Shown piece after piece: positions 17,212 through 24,205 of a stretch of DNA of 32,000 nucleotides. Numbering within the stretch: the first letter of the stretch is position 1; each line of letters starts with the position of its first letter. Below the pieces are notes generated by a model. It was not told where the DNA came from and searched no databases. It was given only the letters and a program-made list of their open reading frames with translations. The DNA comes from Deinococcus sp. LM3. GTDB lineage: Bacteria; Deinococcota; Deinococci; Deinococcales; Deinococcaceae. The stretch covers positions 75,437 through 107,436 of the forward strand of contig NZ_MUFV01000005.1 of assembly GCF_002017875.1 (NCBI RefSeq), in the 5' to 3' direction. The position numbers and the translations under genes are program-made.

Positions 17212-17622
17212 TCACTCCCAGTACTCGCAGGAGCTGTCGGGTGTCTCCCAGAGCGTCACGTGCAGGCGCAGGTCTGCGCCGTCGTCCCCGTCGGGCAGGT
17301 CGGCGCGCACGCGCTTCATGGTGTGGCGGTGAATGTACGCGGCGACGACCTCGGCGGTCGTGTCGTCCCCGAGTTCCGGGATGTCGTTCAGGTATGCGTG
17401 GTCCAGGCCGCCGGCGTCCACGTCCTTCTTCGCCCATTTGAGGGTCTTGAAGTCCGCGACCATGATGGCCCGCTTGACGTGCGCACTCGGGCGGAGTTTC
17501 TCACTGGTGAGTTCCAGCCGGACGCGGTACGTGTGCCCGTGCAGTCTCCCGCACGGCCCGTCGTAGCCGGTGATCACATGTGCCGAATCGAACGTGAACT
17601 CCGAACTCAGTTTCCAAGGCAT
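17212..17622 (-). CDS. queD: 6-carboxy-5,6,7,8-tetrahydropterin synthase QueD
   Basis: FTFDSAHVITGYDGPCGRLHGHTYRVRLEL, a PTPS-family His/Cys motif. 136 aa. Its start shares 1 nt with the yhhQ stop (TGATG). Confidence 0.9.
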   Translation of the reverse strand: MPWKLSSEFTFDSAHVITGYDGPCGRLHGHTYRVRLELTSEKLRPSAHVKRAIMVADFKTLKWAKKDVDAGGLDHAYLNDIPELGDDTTAEVVAAYIHRHTMKRVRADLPDGDDGADLRLHVTLWETPDSSCEYWE

Positions 17623-18257
17623 CAGCGGACTCCTGCGGGTGCGGTGGTGAGGGCGGGCTCCTGCGGCTCACTGACCTGGGTTCGCACCCAGCGAACCAGG
17701 GGAATAAGCAGAAGGCTGATCAGCATCTTCAGGATGATCTGCCCGAGCATCAGGTTCAGCAGGGGCGCGCCGGTCCCGGCAAAGGCCAGCGTGATGAACA
17801 CGATGGTATCCAGGGTGGTGCTCACGGCGTTCGACGCGATGACCTGCACGGTGACCCCACGGTGACGCAGACGCTCGAAGATCAGGGCGTCGAGGGCCGT
17901 GCTGATCAGGTACGCGGCCAGGCTCGCCAGGACCACGCGGACCGTGGAACCGAAGACCACCTGATAGGCGTCGTCCTGGAAGAATCCGGGTTTCGGAAGG
18001 GCATTGACGAGTAGACCGTAGGCGGCGAGCAGCGCGTTGGCGGCGAAACCGCCCCACAGGACCGCCTTGGCGGCCGTCCAGCCCCCCGCGGTGTGGATGG
18101 CGTCCCTAAGGGTGAAGGTCAGGGAGTACAGGAAGATCGCGCCGGGAAAGACCAGGGAGCCGAGCTGCACGAGGCGACCGGCGGTGACGTTACTGACGAG
18201 TTCCGCGCCGATGTAGACGGAGATCAGGATGGTCAGCAGGGTGGTGCGTTGAGTCAT
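17622..18257 (-). CDS. yhhQ: Queuosine-precursor transporter (YhhQ/DUF165, VUT family)
   Basis: 211-aa polytopic membrane protein. The pattern FPGAIFLYSLTFTLRDAIH is typical of YhhQ-type preQ0/preQ1 importers. Confidence 0.8.
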   Translation of the reverse strand: MTQRTTLLTILISVYIGAELVSNVTAGRLVQLGSLVFPGAIFLYSLTFTLRDAIHTAGGWTAAKAVLWGGFAANALLAAYGLLVNALPKPGFFQDDAYQVVFGSTVRVVLASLAAYLISTALDALIFERLRHRGVTVQVIASNAVSTTLDTIVFITLAFAGTGAPLLNLMLGQIILKMLISLLLIPLVRWVRTQVSEPQEPALTTAPAGVR

Positions 18258-18779
18258 GGGAAACCTTTCGGGTGAAGCGACTCCAGCGCGCGTGGGACGA
18301 TCCGGCCCGAATCGCCACGGGCCCCTCCAGCAGGAAGGGGAGTGACGAGAGGGCGGCGGATCCCAGGGGCCGGGAAGCCGGAGAGATCAGAGCAGCGTGA
18401 CGACGCGGCCGTGATGTTGATGTGCACACGTCAGTCGGGTGCCTGCCACCGTTCAACGGTGTGCAGGTCAGTCGGGGCTGACGTCGGGCGGAGCGTTCGT
18501 GGTCGCTCTAGCCGGTGGGTCCCTGAGGGGGGCAGCGCCCGGGCGCGAAACCGTCTCGTTTCGTGGCGGGGCGAGGTCCTGCGGGACCGTCAGGTGGGGC
18601 GCCGTGCGCCTCCCACCTGGAAGGAGGGGAGATCCAGGATACGCCGGAGTACTTGTTCATGGGAGCTCCTTGGGACCTGTGCGGCATTACAGGCCCGGGG
18701 GGTGGGCGCAGTCTGCGCCTGGCAGAGTCTTGCACATCCCTTCTGCCTGCGGGTAAGAACCCCCGGCAGGGTGAGGGGC

Positions 18780-19673
18780 TCACCGCTGCAAGGTGCGGGT
18801 GGTGAGCGTGCTGAAGCGGGCAGTGGGGAGTGGGAGGGACGCGCCGATGGCCGCCGCGAGGTTGCACAGGGCCAGGTGAACGCGTTCGTGCGGGGTGAGG
18901 TGGGCGTGCCGGACCTGCGGGGCCGAGTAGAGACGGCCGTCCGCGGCGTACTTCACGTAGGAACTGGAATCCACGCTGTCCACGCCGAGCCGCGAGACCC
19001 GCCCGACGTGGTCCGGGTGGCCGATCCCGAAGGCGTGGATGGGCAGGTCACCAGCTGCGGCGCGGACAGCCCGGATCACGTCGTCCACCATGTCTGGTTG
19101 GGACATGCGTAGGACGAGCCCCCCGATGGCGACTCCTTCGAATCCAGCCTCCCGGTACTCCTGCGCGAGCTCCGCGGCGGCCTGCGCGTCCCAGCCCTGC
19201 ACGACCCCGTACAGGGGCAGGTCGGTGCGGCGGCGGTTGTGCAGGGCCCACAGCGCGTTGGCGCGCGTCAGGGCGTGATAGCGCCGGGCGTCGCGGGTGG
19301 GCAGACCGGGGGGAATGAGCAGGTCCAGGGTGAAGCCGACGTCCGCGACGCGTTCCTGCAGTTCCAGGACGCTGCTGGGTGTTATGCGCCGACCCTGGCA
19401 GTCGATCACGCCGAGTCCCGCGCGGGTGCGGGTCACGGTGGCGGCCGTGAAGACACTGGCGAACCCGCCGGAGTCCACGAGCAACGGCACGCTCAGGTCC
19501 GGCGCTTCCCGCGCGTCTTGCAGGAAGAACGCGCTGACCATGACCGCGGGTGCGAGCCGGGGCAGGTAGGGGCGGATCAGGTCGTCGAGGGGGTACTTCT
19601 CGCCGAAGGTCGTGACGGGCACGAACGCGGGGAAGTGCAGGGGGCCTTTGCGAGTGTTCAGGGTGCGGGTCAT
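18780..19673 (-). CDS. dpdA: TGT-fold DNA/RNA transglycosylase, DpdA-like, paralog 3 (no Zn cysteine cluster)
   Basis: 297 aa. Motifs LLVDSGGFASV, GVAIGGLV, IHAFGIGHPD and GVDSVDSSSY. It contains only two Cys residues, so there is no CxCxxC motif. It heads the que/yhhQ gene string. Confidence 0.65.
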   Translation of the reverse strand: MTRTLNTRKGPLHFPAFVPVTTFGEKYPLDDLIRPYLPRLAPAVMVSAFFLQDAREAPDLSVPLLVDSGGFASVFTAATVTRTRAGLGVIDCQGRRITPSSVLELQERVADVGFTLDLLIPPGLPTRDARRYHALTRANALWALHNRRRTDLPLYGVVQGWDAQAAAELAQEYREAGFEGVAIGGLVLRMSQPDMVDDVIRAVRAAAGDLPIHAFGIGHPDHVGRVSRLGVDSVDSSSYVKYAADGRLYSAPQVRHAHLTPHERVHLALCNLAAAIGASLPLPTARFSTLTTRTLQR

Positions 19674-20078
19674 GCGTTCATCCAGAGGTGCTCGAAGGAC
19701 CAGTCGGGGGACGGGTCGTGGTTCAGGGCGGTGAGGTCGGCGAGCGCACGGCTACCCTGACGCGGTCATTGCTCGTTCAGGCCAAAGAACGCCTCGCTGA
19801 TCCTCATAGACTGGTCCTGTTCACGGATGGTTTTCTGTCTTCTGACATCTTTCAGTTTTAAGCCGTATGCTGGCGAGTGCCGTCCCAGACGAATAAAATC
19901 CGTTCCATTTCTCTTTCCAGCTCAAAAAGCCGCACCCAGCCGACACATTTCATCCTGACCTGACCAGCCAGTGCACCCCAGTCGGGCCAAGAGGTCTCCT
20001 CTTGGTCCGACGCTGTTTGGTCAAGGTGCTCAACATGGCAGAGGAAGAAGCAGGCCACACTCAGGCAGAGATAGCGTA

Positions 20079-20212
20079 ATACGGACTCCGATTGAATGGG
20101 CTGCAAAGCCCGTTCAATCCGAGCGAAGCGAGTGGGAGCAAAACGGGTTCCGGACGTGGAGCCGGCAATCCGGTGAAGTCCCGGATTGTCGGCGAAACAA
20201 ACGGAATCCGTA
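20079..20212 (-). repeat. 134-bp MITE-like small noncoding repeat, copy B (inverted relative to copy A)
   Basis: Its reverse complement aligns end to end with 1976..2109, with about 9 substitutions. Confidence 0.75.
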
Positions 20213-20362
20213 TCATTCGTCGTTGGGCTACCGAACACCGGATGAGTGGGCCAAGGAGGCCAGTGGCCGGCCTGCCGTCCCCATGTGCGGGCAGGACACC
20301 GCACATGCGGCCGTCATCCCGACCACTGGGTGAAAAAGGGAAGACGACTGTGTACGCTCGTT

Positions 20363-20741
20363 CTTGAATCGAGTCTCTACTCGAAAGTGTCCAAGCTTTG
20401 GGGTCAGGCCATACCCCTGAATAGAGGTCATTCGGAAATTGAGTGACAGGGGGCCGCACAGATTGGCGGCCCCCTCTGCCGATGCGGCTGAGCGATGCCC
20501 AATGGGCCGTCCTTGCACTTCTCATTCCACCCACCACCACCCGCGGTCGGCCACGCCCGTTCTGATCGCGAGGTCCTCGAAGGTATCCTCTGGGTTCTTC
20601 GCACGGGAGCGCAATGGGCTGCCCTGCCAAACCCCACCCAAGACCACCTTCCACGACCGGTTCCAGGAGTGGGTGCTGATGATGAACCCTGCTCTTGAGC
20701 CGGGTCTCTACTCGAAACTGTCCAAACTTTGGGGCCAGCCC
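20363..20741 (+). mobile_element. Degraded IS5-family (IS427-like) element remnant bounded by two direct 48-bp repeats
   Basis: 48-mers at 20363..20410 and 20694..20741 (cttgaNNcgNgtctctactcgaaaNtgtccaaNctttggggNcagNcc, about 85% identical) flank a frameshifted transposase N-terminal fragment. Confidence 0.55.
20482..20690 (+). pseudogene. IS5/IS427-group transposase OrfA N-terminal fragment (DUF4096-like), frameshifted and truncated
   Basis: Conserved segments are spread over three frames: MRLSDAQWAVLALLIPPTTTRGRPRP, then DREVLEGILWVLRTGAQWAALP, then PPKTTFHDRFQEWV. No catalytic DDE region follows. Confidence 0.6.
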
Positions 20742-20743
20742 AA

Positions 20744-21334
20744 TTAGACAGGTGGATGTAAAAGTCGCCGGGCCCGATCCATGGCTTGAACCAAAGGGTC
20801 TTGGTCACCGTGGCGCCGAAGCCACGGACCGGTTGGTCCGTGCGCGCCTTTCAATGCCTGAAGCCACAGAGTGCCGAGATAGTGCACAAGGACATGATCC
20901 AGATCCTCTGAAGGCGGTGCGGCGCTTATGAGCGAAGCAGATAGGCCTGAAGACTGATCCACCGGAGGCATAAATTCTTGCTCTGCGTCGTGCAGTAGAG
21001 TAAGACCTTGGTCTACAGCAGTTCCACGTTTCTCTGGAACTTCACCATGAGGCGGCAAGTGCACTTCCTGGACCCCCTGGGCGCTACGGTCTTCATACAG
21101 TCGGCTCAGCAGTTTGAGCGCGTCACGCACATCTACAGGTTTGGTACTGCACTGCACCACGGTCCAGGGCCCCAGTTGCCGTTCCTCAACTCCCGCCGCC
21201 AAGACGAAGGTCAGGCCCAGAGTGACTTCAGGGTAGGCCACAGGCAACGTCCCCACGTCGGCGTGTGTGAAGTTGTACTCCGCTTCAGGCAGGGAGGCCA
21301 TCTGCAACCGGCCAGCAAGTTCAAGAGCGTTCAT
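20744..21334 (-). CDS. Hypothetical protein (196 aa), last gene of the defence-like operon
   Basis: Its ATG overlaps the stop of the upstream helicase gene (ATGA at 21331-21334). No motif recognised. Its stop abuts the IS-remnant repeat. Confidence 0.55.
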   Translation of the reverse strand: MNALELAGRLQMASLPEAEYNFTHADVGTLPVAYPEVTLGLTFVLAAGVEERQLGPWTVVQCSTKPVDVRDALKLLSRLYEDRSAQGVQEVHLPPHGEVPEKRGTAVDQGLTLLHDAEQEFMPPVDQSSGLSASLISAAPPSEDLDHVLVHYLGTLWLQALKGAHGPTGPWLRRHGDQDPLVQAMDRARRLLHPPV

Positions 21335-23394
21335 AGCCCTTCCCGGATATCAACGCCACTGAGTTCTCGTAGTAACGGGGTCGCCTGTCCCTCTGTAGCG
21401 AGGAGGTACAACAACTCACCGCTACGGGTCATACCAACGTAGAAACGCATCCGCTCGCGTTCCATGAGAATGTCTTGCTCCTCACGCTCAGTTTCCGACC
21501 CCAAGGCGCCAAGGTGCTCAGCGTCTAAACCAACCAGCATGACCACAGGAAATTCCAAGCCTTTAGCAGTATGAATCGTCATCACTTTGACGCTTTCGCG
21601 CAGAACGTCCAGATCCTCCAGGACTGGATCCCAGTGGTCAGTGGGGATACCTTGCTTGGACAGGGCGTACGCGTATTCTTGGGCGAGCCCTTCCGTAGTG
21701 GCGATCACAGCAATATCACGCAAGCGTAAGAGGTTTTCTTCGCGAAATCGCGTGATTTCCTCAATGACGAAGCGTTTGATCTGGTGCTCCTCAACGAAGC
21801 GCATTAATATGGGACGTGGGCCACTGCGCTTAACTGACGCCATATCTATTAACTCACCGTGTTCCTTGAGATGCACATTTCGGGAGGCCAGATCAGCGGC
21901 GGTACGCACCACTTCGCGGGTATTGCGGTAATTGATTTTCAGCGCATACGAACGCCCCCGGACATCGAGGCCTACCTGCTTCCATGAAAACCCACGCGAG
22001 TACAAGCTCTGCGCGGCGTCTCCTAACACCAGGACGGTTTTGTGCTCAGTGCCTTGGCCCCGTGTGAGACGCTGCAACACCCGCAGTTCCAAGGGCGTGA
22101 GATCTTGCGCCTCGTCAACAATGACGTCGTCTACCACTTCGAGTTCGGGATGGTCAAGCAGGAGGCGGTACAGGCGGGTGACCGCGTCCCCCCAGTCCAT
22201 CAGGCCGCGTGCCTGCAAGTGAGCGTTGTAGGCACTTAGTACTTCCCAGACCACAGCGCGGGACAGTGGACTGAGTGCCTGCTTGCGCCCGTACCGAGGC
22301 GCTTGACGGTAAGCATCCATGTCCGGAAGCCCGAAGCCTTTTATCACTCGCTGAATTTCAGCGTAGAAGAACTCTGGAGCGCGCGCGAGCACCGCGGAGT
22401 GCCGCTGAGTTCTCACCTCATTGATCGCCTGCCGAATGAACTGCAGCGCCTGGTCGCGGTCCACGAGAGGCTGCTGGACTCCTGCCGCGTCCAGCATGCG
22501 CAGAGCCCATTGCCGGTAATCCTCAATGCGGAGGGTGGCTGGCAAGGTACCAGTCACTTCTTGCACCAGACTTCGGGTGACGCGTTGCAGTACGGGATTG
22601 TAAGTAATGAACAGTACCTGCCGTCCTGCCTGTGCGAGCCGGACAGCGCGGTGAATGCCTACGGTCGTCTTTCCACTGCCGGCCACACCTTTAAGCAGTG
22701 TGGCTCCAGTATGAATTCGGTTCACATGCTGTAGTTGCTCCTCGGCGAGCTCCAATAGAAGGTCCTGGATGCTGCCACGGGTGTACGCCTCCAGTTGCTC
22801 CAAAGACGCACGTTTGAATACACGGAAGGGATCCGCTAGGGGCTCGGCCGGGTCCGTCGCGAGCGCCAGAATCCACTCTTGGGTTTGTGCGGGCAGTCCG
22901 GGAAGTTTCAGGGCATCATCCAGGGTAGGCGCATCACGTAATGCGCGGGCTAATAGCGCGGGCGCTCCCAACAGCCGCAATTGATGCACAGTAAAGGCGC
23001 GCAGGGGAAAATCCGCGTCGCTTGGAGGATGGTTCCATGTGGTGGGCACCTGGAAGTCTGCCGTTTGTGGTGTGGCTGTGGCCTGCGGTTCAAGTTCCCA
23101 ACTCAGAAGGTCCTGGGTTCCAATATCCCGGGCGGTCAGTCGGTCGAAAACACTGTGAGGCACCACCCGCAGCAGCATGGGTTCACGGTTGCGTCCCCAC
23201 TGGAAGAGCATGCGCCAGTTGTCATTCACCCGGCAATACCAGGCGTCCATCAATTCCAGGCGGCGCACCTGCAGGCCGGTGGCCTGCGGATGCGTCAGAA
23301 GGGTTTTCACCGTACTGATGATGGCCGGCTGCATCGGCAACGCCGCGTTATGTTTCAGATCATCCAGGAAACGGGGGCTCACAAGCATCGTCAT
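21331..23394 (-). CDS. UvrD/Rep-type SF1 helicase with an N-terminal RelE/ParE-like domain
   Basis: Helicase motifs LLKGVAGSGKTTVG (I), VIVDEAQDL (II), KINYRNTREV, MTIHTAKGLEFPVVML and FYVGMTRSGELLYL. The first ~85 aa (...LELMDAWYCRVNDNWRMLFQWGRNREPMLLRVVPHSVF) follow the RelE/ParE toxin-fold pattern. Confidence 0.8.
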   Translation of the reverse strand: MTMLVSPRFLDDLKHNAALPMQPAIISTVKTLLTHPQATGLQVRRLELMDAWYCRVNDNWRMLFQWGRNREPMLLRVVPHSVFDRLTARDIGTQDLLSWELEPQATATPQTADFQVPTTWNHPPSDADFPLRAFTVHQLRLLGAPALLARALRDAPTLDDALKLPGLPAQTQEWILALATDPAEPLADPFRVFKRASLEQLEAYTRGSIQDLLLELAEEQLQHVNRIHTGATLLKGVAGSGKTTVGIHRAVRLAQAGRQVLFITYNPVLQRVTRSLVQEVTGTLPATLRIEDYRQWALRMLDAAGVQQPLVDRDQALQFIRQAINEVRTQRHSAVLARAPEFFYAEIQRVIKGFGLPDMDAYRQAPRYGRKQALSPLSRAVVWEVLSAYNAHLQARGLMDWGDAVTRLYRLLLDHPELEVVDDVIVDEAQDLTPLELRVLQRLTRGQGTEHKTVLVLGDAAQSLYSRGFSWKQVGLDVRGRSYALKINYRNTREVVRTAADLASRNVHLKEHGELIDMASVKRSGPRPILMRFVEEHQIKRFVIEEITRFREENLLRLRDIAVIATTEGLAQEYAYALSKQGIPTDHWDPVLEDLDVLRESVKVMTIHTAKGLEFPVVMLVGLDAEHLGALGSETEREEQDILMERERMRFYVGMTRSGELLYLLATEGQATPLLRELSGVDIREGL

Positions 23395-23404
23395 GATTTG
23401 ACCT

Positions 23405-24205
23405 CTACCGGTAGAAACCTGCTAGGGCATCCAGCAGGGGTTTGAATGCCGCTTCGTTGGCAACAGTCGGGTGATTGGCCAGGGCGAAGAAGTCGGCACT
23501 AGGTAAGGTGCGTTTCTTCGGAACCATGTCGCGATCCGTGAGGTCATACTGGTTACGTCGCCAACTGTGGGCCAGGAATTCTTCGGCCGCTGCTCTAAGC
23601 CCATCAAGAGGCTCATCGCTGCGTACCTCCGCGACCAACTCTGCGTTGTAGGCGAGGCCGCCGTTCGTGAAATTGGCACTGCCGAATAAAGCCCCCGACG
23701 GCAACCAAAGCAACTTGGCGTGTAGGGCGTCCCGGTACGACACCTGCGCGCCAAGTTGCGCCAGTTCCTCTGCGAACAGCACGGTGTCCGCGTGATTCAG
23801 AAATTCGCGTTTCAGCTCTGTACTGCGTTCCCTCAGGCCGCGCAGCACTTCATCCTGCAGGTCGAAGTCCATATCCTCGTTCGCCTGCACGCGCCGCACC
23901 TGCTCCGCCGTGAGTTGGTACTCCGCCAGGGCAGGTAAGGTCACCAGTTCATGCGGAGGTTTCACAATCACATGAATCAAGTGCTTCTGACCAAGCAGGC
24001 GCAGCAGGTCTTTCAGGGTGACGCTCTCCCGGTGTGTCCCGAAGACACTCCGGTACGGGCCCAACGACCGAATGTCGAACTCGACGTTTTTCAGCCACGG
24101 CGTAATCAGCCACACGTCACTCGGCGCGCAATCAAGCGCTTCAAGCATCAGGCGCACCATCTGGTTCTTCAGGCGGTCGGTCCGATCGGTTGCGTGGAAA
24201 ATCAC
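23405..24205 (-). CDS. PLD-superfamily (single HKD) nuclease, DrmC/DpdK/Nuc-like
   Basis: LHAKLLWLPSGALFGSANFTNGGL is an HxK...GSxN motif, and there is only one copy. 266 aa. The GTG start overlaps the upstream stop (GTGA at 24202-24205). Confidence 0.75.
   Translation of the reverse strand: MIFHATDRTDRLKNQMVRLMLEALDCAPSDVWLITPWLKNVEFDIRSLGPYRSVFGTHRESVTLKDLLRLLGQKHLIHVIVKPPHELVTLPALAEYQLTAEQVRRVQANEDMDFDLQDEVLRGLRERSTELKREFLNHADTVLFAEELAQLGAQVSYRDALHAKLLWLPSGALFGSANFTNGGLAYNAELVAEVRSDEPLDGLRAAAEEFLAHSWRRNQYDLTDRDMVPKKRTLPSADFFALANHPTVANEAAFKPLLDALAGFYR

Noticed and set aside
16429-17865. 478-aa plus-strand ORF spanning queE, queD and part of yhhQ
   Set aside because: It is antisense to three genes with unmistakable family motifs. 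It has the Arg/Pro/Val-rich composition of a shadow ORF and crosses intergenic spacers without regard to gene boundaries.
18258-18420. Possible preQ1 riboswitch upstream of yhhQ
   Set aside because: I read the minus-strand leader and found no short P1 stem followed by the A-rich tail and AAGG-type pairing of preQ1-I, and nothing resembling class II or III. An Infernal scan is still worthwhile; see the finding on the 522-bp spacer.
1976-20212. Interpreting the two inverted 134-bp repeats as the ends of an 18-kb composite transposon
   Set aside because: There is no transposase gene inside, and no matching target-site duplication is evident at the outer edges. The element has its own short terminal inverted repeats, so two independent MITE insertions is the simpler explanation. 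It is kept only as a possible recombination substrate.
19858-20654. 148-aa and 197-aa minus-strand ORFs
   Set aside because: They read through the MITE-like repeat and antisense through the IS remnant. The same repeat produces a similar spurious ORF at 1927. They are artefacts of repeat sequence.
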